DNA of 64,000 nt from Macrostomum hystrix (Eukaryota; Animalia; Platyhelminthes). The translations under genes and the position numbers were made by a program. Location: assembly GCA_950097015.1 (NCBI GenBank), contig CATNEN010000038.1:28892001-28956000 (forward strand). Direction: 5' to 3'. The number at the start of each line of letters is the position of its first letter. The stretch's first letter is position 1. The notes below the pieces were generated by a model. That model searched no databases. It was not told the DNA's origin and saw only the letters and a list, made by a program, of their open reading frames with translations. Shown here piece by piece: positions 13,201 through 24,300 of this stretch.

Positions 13201-14993
13201 GTCGTTTCAACCCTCTTGAAGATTAGACCTGAAGGATTGGTTAATTGTCCCTGAATTCTCCTGAAGATTAGACCTGAAGGATTGGTTAATTGTCGCTGAA
13301 TCCTCCTGAAGATTAGACCTGAAGGATTGGTTAATTGTCGCTGAATCCTCCTGAAGATTAGACCTGAAGGATTGGTTGATTGTCGCTGAATCCTCCTGAA
13401 GATTAGACCTGAAGGATTGGTTAATTGTCCCTGAATTCTCCTGAAGATTAGACATGAATGATTGGTTGATTGTCCCTGAATTCTCCTGAAGATTAGACCT
13501 GAAGGATTGGTTAATTGTCCCTGAATTCTCCTGAATGATTGGTTAATTGTCCCTGAATTCTCCTGAAGATTAGACCTGAAGGATTGGTTGATTGTCGCTG
13601 AATCCTCCTGAAGATTAGACCTGAAGGATTGGTTAATTGTCGCTGAATCCTCCTGAAGGATTGGTTGATTGTCGCTGAATCCTCTTGAAGATTAGACCTG
13701 AAGGATTGGTTGATTGTCGCTGAATCCTCTTGAAGATTAGACCTGAAGGATTGGTTGATTGTACCTGAATTCTCCTGAAGGATTGGTTGATTGCCGCTGA
13801 ATCCTCCTGAAGATTAGACCTGAAGGATTGGTTAATTGTCGCTGAATCCTCCTGAAGATTAGACCTGAAGGATTGGTTGATTGTCGCTGAATCCTCTTGA
13901 AGATTAGACCTGAAGGATTGGTTGATTGTCGCTGAATCCTCTTGAAGATTAGACCTGAAGGATTGGTTGATTGTACCTGAATTCTCCTGAAGGATTGGTT
14001 GATTGCCGCTGAATCCTCCTGAAGATTAGACCTGAAGGATTGGTTAATTGTCGCTGAATCCTCCTGAAGATTAGACCTGAAGGATTGGTTGATTGTCCCT
14101 GAATCCTTCTGAAGATTAGACCCAAAGGGTCGGTTAAATTTTTCAGAAAATTGTCCTTTGATTTTCAAATTAACTAATCAATTGATCAACCAATCGATTT
14201 ATATATCAATCAAATTAAAATCAATCAATTAAAGAGTAAAAAACAAACTAAAGTTTTTTATTTACTTTTCATCAGGGAGACAGACTACCACATCGAGGGT
14301 GGGATGTTTCGCTTCAAATGCCCGAAGCTGCACACTGCCGTCATTTGGCACGAGCTCCTGTTGGCGGCCATTGGCGAGCAACTCAGCGATTGGCTGGCTA
14401 AAGGCGATGAAATCTCGGGCGTCAGCTGCTTGGTCCGCGAAAACCAAGACATTCTGGAGATTTGGCACACAAGGGCGGACCTGACTTCTAAGGCTAGCAT
14501 CTTTGATAATGTGCCCCGTCTGCTGCCGAAGAATACGAAATTTCTGGCCGCCTTTCACAAAGGTTAGTTTAAATATATAAATCGCCTGCGCTACTAATGA
14601 CTGGCGCTGATTTCACTAACCCCTACGCCAACTGATGTACACTCACTACTCTAATGTGCACTACATCCATTCATTATTTATTCTTACCCACTAAAATGTA
14701 CAGTCACTCTCTCCATTTCTACTCACTAGAGTTTACAATTTACTAACTAAACCTCACTCGTTTTAAACCTTTTTTCAGCCTTTCGTGACAACTATTGCAC
14801 GTACTCGCAGCAGCCGCAGCAGCAGCAGCAGCAGAGGCACAATGTCAGCTCTGATGGTAAGCAGTCGGGTTCTCCTCCGGGTCTAAGCGGCGGCGGCGGT
14901 GGTCAGCGTGTGAAACGTGGCTCCGTGGCATCAGCAGCGGATGCTGGTCGTGGCGCGGGCTCCAGGACGCATCGGAAGTCGTTTAACAATTAA
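9856..14993 (+). CDS. EIF4E3: Class III eIF4E cap-binding protein with long polyQ/low-complexity N-terminus; exons 9856-10880, 11532-11976, 12916-13172, 14276-14562, 14779-14993 (2229 nt, 742 aa)
   Basis: All junctions GT-AG and in phase (2,0,2,1). The core VPLQTAWILY...VQSFW...CYHFMRSDRLPVWETDYHIEGG...VIWHELLLAAIGEQ...DEISGVSCLVRENQDILEIW...AFHKAF aligns with the eIF4E3 consensus. Linkage of exons 1-2 to the core is inferred from splice phases. Confidence 0.82.
11095..11480. repeat. Degenerate 24-bp minisatellite (AAAGCTGGAATCGTAGCAGGAACC) in eIF4E3 intron 1
   Basis: GGAATCGTA core recurs every 24 bp. Confidence 0.9.
12250..12880. repeat. 12-bp pyrimidine-rich minisatellite (CTCTGACTCTCC) in eIF4E3 intron 2
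   Basis: About 50 tandem copies with CT indel variants. Confidence 0.95.
13212..14125. repeat. 45-bp minisatellite (GAAGATTAGACCTGAAGGATTGGTTAATTGTCGCTGAATCCTCCT) in eIF4E3 intron 3
   Basis: About 20 tandem copies, some lacking the first ~13 bp. Confidence 0.95.
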
Positions 14994-15961
14994 CTAACTG
15001 CGCTGCACAGTTTCCAGAGTAACAGGAACTATCACATCTCTTTGGCTTTGTTGATATTGTTTGTTTGTTTCTGTTCTTCTGCTTCAATTTGTGTGTTCAT
15101 ACAGTAGCTCGGTATGTTCTGGGATCAAGAGACCTACTTCAAACTACTTAGATTTTTAACGTTTAGAATTACTGACTACAAAGCTGTCTGCGCCTGTACA
15201 GCTCGTCTCGATTAACACAGAGTCACGAGAAAAGCACTATAGCCATGATAAAAGTGTTTGAGTTGTTTGTAAGAGTGCTTGAGCAATAAAATTGGGCTCC
15301 TAGATTTCTTTGATCTCATTTGATTTTTTGCTGTTTTTTTATGTTTTCGCTGCTTATTTTAATGCCCCATCTTGGAAATTTGTTTTCATGTGCTATTTTT
15401 TTGTTTATCTTCTTATGATGAGCGACTCGTTGTTGGGCTGTCCTGCCAGTATTTTATCGAATGCCCTGTGTATGCCAATACCCAAAAATGTGTCCACCTG
15501 TCTACCCAACTGTAATTTTTATTGGATCAATTCACTTTATAATTGAATTGAATTGAATTGATGTTTTTATTAAGCATATCTAAATTTTAGACAAGTTCGC
15601 ACCAGCTACAGCACGCACAATTTGCCCTAACAATGCTCAAACAAACATCTGCTTTCAGAACTAAATATACTAGTTCTGTTTACTTATTTGTGACGCCCTT
15701 AAAACTTGAATTTATAGTAGTTACTGCGCTCTCGTGTAGGCTATAATTTGGTGCAAAACTAACTGAGACGCTTCCTATGTTGGACACAAAATGTCTTATT
15801 AACTTTCCTTGACTAAATAAGTGCTAACATCTAAGGTTCTGCTTTGTTGCATCGTTTATCGTCTTCTAAGATTTTTATGAATTCGAAAAAATTTATATAA
15901 ATAAATGATGGTAAATGATAGCTCATTCCTTAGCCTGATAATGCTTATTAGTCGTTAACAT

Positions 15962-16300
15962 AATGTACATTCGGGTAAAGAAATATAGGCATAGCTCTTC
16001 AATGTACATTCGGGTAAGAGAATTCTATTCTTTGCTCTTCAATGTACATTCGGGTAAGAGAATTCTATTCTTTGCTCTTCAATGTACATTCGGGTAAGAG
16101 AATTCTATTCTTTGCTCTTCAATGTACATTCGGGTAAGAGAATTCTATTCTTTGCTCTTCAATGTACATTCGGGTAAGAGAATTCTATTCTTTGCTCTTC
16201 AATGTACATTCGGGTAAGAGAATTCTATTCTTTGCTCTTCAATGTACATTCGGGTAAGAGAATTCTATTCGTGGCTCTTTAATGTACATTTAGGTGAGAG
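15962..16300. repeat. 40-bp minisatellite (AATGTACATTCGGGTAAGAGAATTCTATTCTTTGCTCTTC)
   Basis: Six identical copies at 16001-16240 plus diverged flanking copies; no spacers. Confidence 0.96.
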
Positions 16301-17164
16301 AAATTCGAATTAAATTGTTTATAGATGCAAAACTTATCCAAATGCTTGTTGTAAACCTGAAACTGTTTTACAAACGCGAAATCAATATAGCTCTGGATTA
16401 ATTCTGGATTAGTGCTCTTAAACCGATGATGCCCTAGATTTCAATTACAAATGTAGCTTTTTGTGTTCATTTGAATATTATCTTCAATACGTGATTTTCG
16501 GTGTTATTAAAAATCTTGTTGAATGAAACGGTAGCTTATTATGTCTGCTTGTTTGTTGTAAATTTAAAGATAACTGGTAGAAATTTGTTATTTCACAGAA
16601 ATATAATCATGTTGGATCGTCTTTTTAGTTAAGTTTTTAATCAATTCTGTGAATTTTCTTTGCTAAATCTATAAAATGGCATAGTTAAATAACTGAAAAA
16701 GTAACTGAAACAAAGCGATTCAACAGAAATTCTTTACTATTATTGTCTTTTATGTTGTTCTGCTTTCTGATTGGCAGCCCCGGTAACATGGTCCTACATA
16801 TAATCAATTCGTGTTACTATAATAATATACTTGTAAGCCTCTAGAAACGGTTGCCTCTCTTAACTTCTGCCTGTATACATGACTTACTTCGTTTTTTTGT
16901 TTTGCGTAAAATATAAGCTCTTATTCATCTGGAACAATTGATTTACTAACATTCAAATTGGTTAGACCAATGCTATTCAGTTTCATTCTTACTGATGCAC
17001 TTTTAATGCATACTTTAGAACATTATCTTTCTTCGTTTTTGTATTAAAAAACATGCTGCTGAAAGTTTTGAGTTCTAAGTTTCTTTTAAAACCTACTAAA
17101 ATACTTAGTGTTCTAAGTTAATAAGGTCGCACTCGAATAAAAACTTGGATTCGTACCGAATGCC

Positions 17165-17430
17165 ACGCTTTTTCCACCTGGGAAGAGATCACGTGGGTAT
17201 TTCAAATACCACTGCCTACTTTACAAAAACTCCCAAACTGAACGACCGATTTTCATGAAAGTTACACCAAGTGTATCAAAATTTTCCGCTATTTACGATG
17301 AACTAACTTTCAAAGCCATGCGAGTCAGCATAGTCGATACATTCACCGATTCTTGTTGTCAAGGGCAACTAACATTGCTGTGTATAAGCCTCTATGGTAA
17401 ATCCATATTGGTTCAACAATATAATAATTA
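17165..17430 (+). mobile_element. Interspersed repeat family C copy
   Basis: GTATTTCAAATACCACTGCCTAC...CCAAACTGAACGACCGATTTTCATGAAAG...CGAGTCAGCATAGTCGATACATTCACCGATTCTTG is shared with 20150-20450 and 37477-37735. Confidence 0.7.
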
Positions 17431-17769
17431 ACAATACTATATAATATAGTCAAAAATATGAAATAAGAAAGTTGTTTCATCGGATTGAACGGAGAACTTT
17501 AGCCCGCTGACTGGCGATTGGTTTTATAGTTTGGGAGATGCAAAAGAAAAATGTTGGATTTGAAATCCCTAGTGTGGTCTTCTATTGTTAAATGCCATAT
17601 TTTGCAACTAGAAGTTGATAAGTTGTTTGATGCCAATAAGCTTTACACAATCGTCAATTCGAATCTTATTTCACAGTTTATTCCACCTGCCCTTCTTCAG
17701 AGCCGCATCAGTCGGGAGACTCTAAGAAGCTGTGTCCAAACACTTCATGGTGTTCTATTTCATCAATAG

Positions 17770-20124
17770 GTTTCACCCGTGTTCCTGCGCAGGCTGTGTT
17801 GCACTACTGAAAGGCGTCTGTTATCCAGTTTGTGATTGCTTTTTTGTTGACTGCGTTGTTGAATACCGTCTTGTCGATGTCAGTTTGAGCGGTGTAAGTA
17901 GTGAGGCCTGGCTGCCGTGGTATCAGTGCCGGTCTCGTTTGGTACATGGCGCCTTTAAATTGCTTGTCTCCGTGGCGCCCAATAAGCTTAATCGAATTCG
18001 CATTCACTGTAGTCATTTAAGGCACGAATTTGAATTCTTTGACGCTTGTGGTAGCGAAAGCAGCATCGAAAATGTATACTGCATTAGGCCACTGTACATC
18101 ATTTGTCGAGCGGATAATGGGGAATATCAGAAACCAGTACAGCCGGACAAAGACCCGTCAATTCAGAAGCCAGTAGAGCTGGACAAAGACGCATCGATTC
18201 AGAAGCCAGTAGAGCTGGACAAAGACCCAACAGAGTCTGACTTCACTTTGTCCGCGTTACGTCGAGTATCAGCTGGCTGTCAGTTGCTTCAGTGTCTGCT
18301 CCCGGAACTGTTGTCAGCTGAAGAGCTCGCCTGTAGTGAGGCCTTTGCGTCAAAGACTTCCGGCTGTCGGTTGGGCAGTTTTCGATGCCTTCCGCCCTTG
18401 GCGATCAAGGTGATCATCACTGCCGACGAAGCTCGATCGATGCAGCCATCGGAGCTCTGGGCGCGCCTGGCGAGAGAACTGGCTAATAGATTTCCCGGTG
18501 AGTCCGGCTGCGGCTGCGGCATTCTAGGCTCGGAATGGCCCTCAAGGGTGTCAATTGAACGACAAGCCCGCAAGCCTCTTCGCAGCTGCGCCCCAAATGA
18601 ATGAGCTCAGAGCTCATAAGCTTATTGTGCGAGAAGATTTTTAACGTTTCTCCTAACCTATTTCGAAATCTTTCAGGCGATCTCTCATCGGTGAAGTGGC
18701 TAGCCTTCTTATCCTGCAGTCGCTACACTCCGCCAGCTGCTAGTCGACGTCCCCGCAGCCACTCCGAGCTTTTGTCCTGCTCACCAGGTCACGTGACCCT
18801 GGGTGCCGGCAATTTCGCTCTAAGCGGAACCTGCGGCTTGCACTTCTGGCCCGAGCAGTTGAATTGCTGGCAGGATGTCTTCGAGAATAACGCCGCCCTG
18901 CCAGACGGCATGATGGACTTCAGCATCAATCAGGCTGGCATCCTGGGCGAGTCGGTGAGCGCGGACATCGGCGCGGTGCTGCACGAACTGCTGCACTGCC
19001 TGGGCCTGGGCCACACTCGACAAGGAGTGATGGCTCGCGGCTGCGACCTGCTCCGATTGGCTGTGGCGTTTCGTCGTCCCAATCAATACTGCCAAGATTG
19101 TAGCCGCCTATTAAAGAGGCCGACGCCGAAACCGCTGTACTGGTTTGGCAAGGTGGGGCTTTGAATTTAACGAACTTTCGTCAATTATTACGACGTCGAT
19201 GACATCTTAAAAGCTAAAAAGTCATGCTGTGGCATATTAAAATCGCACATCATTTGGTGACTATATCCGCGAGAGCGAGGAGGCAATTCAGCCCATTTCT
19301 CTTACTCCTTAGCACATGCTCTCAGATACCGTACCCAGGCACACGCTTTCACAGGTGTGTAATCTGCCCTGACTTTCAAATCATCAGGCAGTGTTCACTT
19401 TCACTGTGCCTTGGAGGTTGGCCATTAATGGCGTAAATTGAACGACAAGCCCCAAGCCTTCTCTCCTCGACTCCGCCCCAAATAAATGTGGCCTCGCCGT
19501 GGAATCGAGCTCAGGGTCCGTAGTGTAAAAAGCAAATGCGTTAGACCCCTCTGCCACTTACCTCCATGCTGCGGCATAAACCTATAACCGTTCCTTTCAA
19601 CTAATCATACAACCGTTTAGGTAACATTTCTCGAGTCATGCTCGACTATGGCAAGTTTAAAACTAGACGTGATCGATTCAAAATCAGCAATCTGCTACTC
19701 ACCTGATCACGTCGACGACTTTCGTCTCGGAGTCGCCAGTTGCGCTGCTATACTAAGCAGACAGCCTTGGCTGCAACCTATCTGCTTTCCGCCGCTTAAT
19801 GGCGAGCCCAGTTGCTATGGCAACACCGACGAGCGAGTTTTCATTTCCTCTTCCGGCTGCTTGGAGGTCTCCGGTGGTGGCTCGCTGCTCTGCTGCGAGG
19901 TGCGCAGTCTGGAGCCCGACTGTCTGGTGCTGCACAGCCGTCTGCTGCCCCAGCAGCTGCGCCGCCTTCCCTTGTCCAGCCTGCGGTTGAGAAGCGTGGC
20001 GCCACCGATGGCAACTGGTTGCTACCTGGTTGCTATGACTAGACGCGGTCTGATGGCAAAATTTCGAATTGATTTAACCAGTTTTCCGGTGGACTTTAGA
20101 GCTAATTCAAATGGGTCCAAATAA
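17770..20124 (+). CDS. YIL108W-like putative zinc metallopeptidase (metzincin motif); exons 17770-18497, 18677-19152, 19621-20124; start exon unresolved
   Basis: HELLHCLGLGH (HExxHxxGxxH) followed by the Met-turn GVMARG; family-like segments KWLAFLSCSRY and GHVTLGAGNFALSGTCGLHFWP. Junctions CCCG|GTGAGT..TTTCAG|GC and AAG|GT..TTTAG|GTA keep the frame. Confidence 0.75.
19237..19564 (-). mobile_element. tRNA-derived SINE family B in metallopeptidase intron
   Basis: Reverse complement of the family-B consensus; TSD CATGCTG(T/C)GGCATA at 19223-19236 and 19565-19578. Confidence 0.85.
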
Positions 20125-20149
20125 CTTTTTATCAACAGTGGGGACACCA

Positions 20150-20450
20150 CTTTCTTTTTCTAGCCTGGAGAAACATGTCGGGAGTATTTCAAATACCAAA
20201 TGCCTACTTCATGATGGCTTCCAAACCGTCGAATGACCGATCAAAACTTTTGAAGCTTTTCGAGTCAGCATCGTCGAGATATTCAGCGATTCTTGTCGAA
20301 GACCCTGGTGACATGGACACCTAACAGTGCTCTGTATAAACTTCTATAGCGAAGCTATATTGGTTAAAAAATGAAGAAATCACAATTAATCAATCCAAAA
20401 TAGTTAACAATGATAGCCAACATGGTTACACGATGCTATTTTAAAGCAGA
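20150..20450 (+). mobile_element. Interspersed repeat family C copy
   Basis: Aligns with 17165-17430 and 37477-37735. Confidence 0.65.
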
Positions 20451-20468
20451 AATACTATGCCTATATTT

Positions 20469-20829
20469 GGGGGGTCGGTGGCAGAGCGGTTAACGCGTTT
20501 GCCTCTCGCACCACGATCCCTAAGTTCGATTCCACGGCGAGGCCACATTTATTTGGGGCGCAGCCGCTGACAGAATGCTTTGGGGGCTTGTCGTTCAATT
20601 TACGCCCTTGAGGGCCAACCTTCAAGACACAGTGACAGTGTACACTGCCTGACGATGAGAAAGTCAAAGCAGATGTACTCACCTGTGTGAGCGTATGTCT
20701 GCGTAAAGTATATGTGTGCGTGTGTGCTCAGGAGTCAGCGAAATGGGCAGAATTGCCTCCTCGCTGGCTGCGGGTCTAGTGTCACTAAATGATGTGCCAT
20801 TGCCCGCAGCCGTCCTGCATAATAATAAC
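20469..20829 (+). mobile_element. tRNA-derived SINE family B, full length
   Basis: A box TGGCAGAGCGG, B box AGTTCGATTCC, conserved body, 3' GGCTGCGGG...CCCGCAGCC stem, (AAT)n tail. Confidence 0.9.
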
Positions 20830-21373
20830 CGTTCTAAAACTGTTAGATGTTCCGCTCCATCCGATTAAACAACTTCCAGAATCACAAAACATCGGCAACG
20901 TCGAGACATTCAAAGCTTCTCGTCGGTGTGTCTGATGGCAAGAACCACAAATTTAGGCCACAATTATTATTATTATTGTGGCCTATAAATGATGTACATT
21001 TGTTTTATTTGGTTTGGTTTGTATTTGGTTTGTGTTTGTATTTGGTTTGTTTTATTATGATGTACATTTACCTTAGAGTCGCATTGAGTATCATCTCAGT
21101 GCTCAGCTATCGAGTGGTTCCTAAGTTATGTTTGCTTTTTAAAAAAAATACAAATATTTCTATTCTGTGCTGCAATAATACATCGAAAACGTCAATTATG
21201 TACTGACAGTCACTTTATATGGATCCGTTTGTCGAATCACATTTTTAATACATTTAAATAAATACATTCATAAATAAACATTTTGTACTGGAAAGTTCTA
21301 GGAAAACATTTGCTTATTTTATTATTTTACTTTGCAAAACTAGTTTTAAAATTCAGTGCCTCTCAGAACAGCA

Positions 21374-24300
21374 TTATGAGTTGGTTTGCTTTGAAACTAC
21401 CGCCGTCTGTAGCCGCTCCTTCAGCGCAGCCTGTCGCTTCCTTTGCTGCTCCAGCGCCAACTCCAGCTTCTGGCTCACCCGGCCAGCCAAAGTCTCGGCG
21501 TAGGGCAGCTTCTTCTCCATCGCCTGCACCCGGTGCATCTTGCGCCTGTGACTGCGAATGCTGCCCATCACTTCCGTGATGTCAATCTGTCCGTCCCCGT
21601 CGCGGTCCATGATGAGAACAATCGACTGCAGGCACTGGGGCGACGCCGGCAATCCGAGGTTCTAATTGGCGGTGCGGTCGTTGGTTCGTAGTCAGGGATG
21701 CTGCAGTCCTCAGTTTTAAAAACTATTTAAATTCATGCATGTACTTGTAATGATGTCCTTAGACTCTCGCTTTTTAAGGGCCCAGAAGGTGTATCAAACT
21801 TCAAATTGCCTAATTTGCCTAAGAGGATGGAATTCTGCAACACACGCAGATACCGTACGCAGGCACACTCACACAGGTGTGTACATCTACCGTGAAATTC
21901 TCCTCGTCAGGCAGTGTACAACCTTGGTGCAATAGGCAAACGCGTTAACCGCTCGGCCAGACCCGACATAAAAATTACACTGAAAATATTAAACCTACCA
22001 CCAATCCTTGCTTGAACTTTTTGCAAGGCACGGCCTTAGTGTTGCTCGTGTCCAGACTCATAAAGAAGTCCATCAGACGTAGATTTTTTATTCGCATAAA
22101 CTCCATGAGCAGCTGTGGAAGGCAGGTTTTAGAGTACATGACTTTGGCATAGAATATTGCTAATCGTAAGTTTTGAGGGCTCGGCCACTTTATTATCGTA
22201 TATTGCCAGAATTAGTGTATATTGTCTGTGGCTATCAGGAAGACAGGTCAGATGGACAGCTGTGTTTGTGCTTAGGGGCAGAAGTGCCTCCTCGCTGGCT
22301 GTGGCTGACAGGTGCTAAAGAACATGTAACGGTGCCCACTGCCCTTTTTAGTATTTTTATATCGATACTTTTATTGGGGTGAAAGGCAGAGTGGTTAACG
22401 CCTCTCGCGCCAAGGTCCCTAAGCTCAATTCCGCGGCGAGGCCACACTCATTTGGGGCGCAGCCGCGGAGAGAAGGCTTGGGGGCTTGTCGTGAAATTTA
22501 CGCCATTAATGGCCAACCTCCAAGGCACAGTGAATTGTGCACTGCCTGTAGATTAGAAAGTCAGGACAGATGTACACATCTTGAGAATGTGCCTGCTTAC
22601 AGTACCTGTGTGCGTGTGTGCTCAGGAGTCAGCGAAATGGGCAGAATTGCCTCCTCGCTGGCTGCGGTTCTGGTGTCCCCAAATGATGTGCCATTGCCTG
22701 CAGCCCGCCTGCATTATATCCATACTTTTATGTTGAGCCAAATGTGGATCATTCTATCAAAAATCAAATTGCATCATTTTGTTACTCACCGTCATCGGAT
22801 CGTCATTTAGCTCAGAAATTTCGTCGTCGACTTTATTGCCTTCACTCCTGAGCACTGGTCCGTGCAGTAAGCTGAAGCTGCGCTTCGCCCCGATGCTATT
22901 GGCCAGTCTCAGAGTATCACGGTCCACTGTCAAGCCCTGGGTGGATTTAGTTGATTGATTGATTCATTGTGGTATACGGAGCAAAATATAGTACTTTTTA
23001 ATTCATAGGTAATAAGACGCTTTAAGGCTCCAGATGATCTCTTAGAAGTTTTTTATCTACGTTGTAGACTTCGTTTTACGACAAATAGCAGCATTTTTTG
23101 CTTATTTTAACTAGGTAACAGTAAAAACAGCAACCCTTACGAGAGGCTTCTTTTCGCAGCTCTCACACTTATGTAGATCGTGAACACCATATCCTTAAAA
23201 CTCATACAGTCAGCGAGAAACCCGCAGTATAAAATAACAGACTTATCTATGGCCTAGCTTTCTAGCAATGACCAGTCATACTAACACAGGTATTTGAAAC
23301 TTGAACATTAAAAACTTAGAGCATAACTGTGTCATTTAGCCCGTATTTCCAATAACAATGATATTTGTCTATAGCAGAATCCATTTCACCTGTAGAAGAA
23401 ATCTATTTTTGTTTAATTCTGAGTCAAAGTTTGAACTTTCGGTTGAAAATTCGCTATAAGAACTGAAAAAAACACAAAGGACATTGGCCATAATACCCAC
23501 AGTCAGATCTAGCGACTGCAGCTCCATTTGAGTCTTCTTCTCTAGCTGGCCCATGAACGCGTTGATGACATCAACTGGCAGTGGATTCTGGCTGAGTTTC
23601 AAGCACTTCAGGCTGGCATTGCCTGTTAGGCCTTTTAGTATGTACTCCAGACACCTAGCATCGATTCTGTTACTGGTCAAATCCAGAAACTGTAGGCAGT
23701 CGTTTTTGGTCAGCGATTTAGCCAACGATTTGCAGCCCTGGATGCCCAGGCCATTGTTAGCTAGGAGCAGAGTCTCGAGCTCCTGGTTGACTGCCAAACT
23801 GTCGCATAAGCAGATGGCGCCATCCGCCCTGACCTGATTCCACGACAAGTCCAGCTGAGTCAGACGGCGATTGTGAGCTGAGACGAGGCGAGTGCAAAAG
23901 AACAGAGTGATCATTAAAACATTATTTATGATACCTGCCGCAGCTATTTCGCGGCTGTGTACCTGAAGGCTGCGTATGGCTCAATTACCCCAGCTAATGC
24001 TGGTACCCATTTAACAGCTGGGTGAACTGAAGCAGAATCCATTTACCATTGTATACAATAAAAAACGATTCGATGGATAGAGGTCTAGAGAGTAGTTCCA
24101 GGGTATACAACATTAATAAATAATTTTTCTGACAAACGTCCTAGCGGTCCTTGAGATACACATGGGGTATGTACATCCGCCCAAGTTTTTTCATCGTCAG
24201 ACCGTGTTTTCTCTCAATGTGCCTCCCGGGTTCAGCCCCCAAGGGTGTAAAGTTCACGACAAGCCCCTATATAGTGTGCTGCGTGCCAAAAAAGAAATGA

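Noticed and set aside
11005-14168. Repetitive ORFs in eIF4E3 introns (SEGE, NRS/IPA and SNLQEDSATINQSFR repeats)
   Set aside because: They are translations of intronic tandem repeats; the flanking exons splice in phase without them.
15962-16300. CRISPR-like array (40-bp repeat with palindromic AATGTACATT and GAATTC)
   Set aside because: Copies abut with no unique spacers, there are no cas genes, and the context is eukaryotic; it is a minisatellite.
17551-17769. ORF 17551-17769 as first exon of the metallopeptidase
   Set aside because: I could not identify a convincing donor giving the required phase-2 join to the 17770 acceptor, so the start is left unresolved.
20630-20760. Hammerhead ribozyme in SINE family B (CTGACGA...GAAA), by analogy with schistosome Sm-alpha repeats
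   Set aside because: Only 3 nt separate CTGACGA from GAAA, too few for stem II. The alternative CTCAGGA-GTCAGC-GAAA lacks the invariant G5 and a proper stem III and cleavage triplet. An Infernal search with hammerhead models would settle it.
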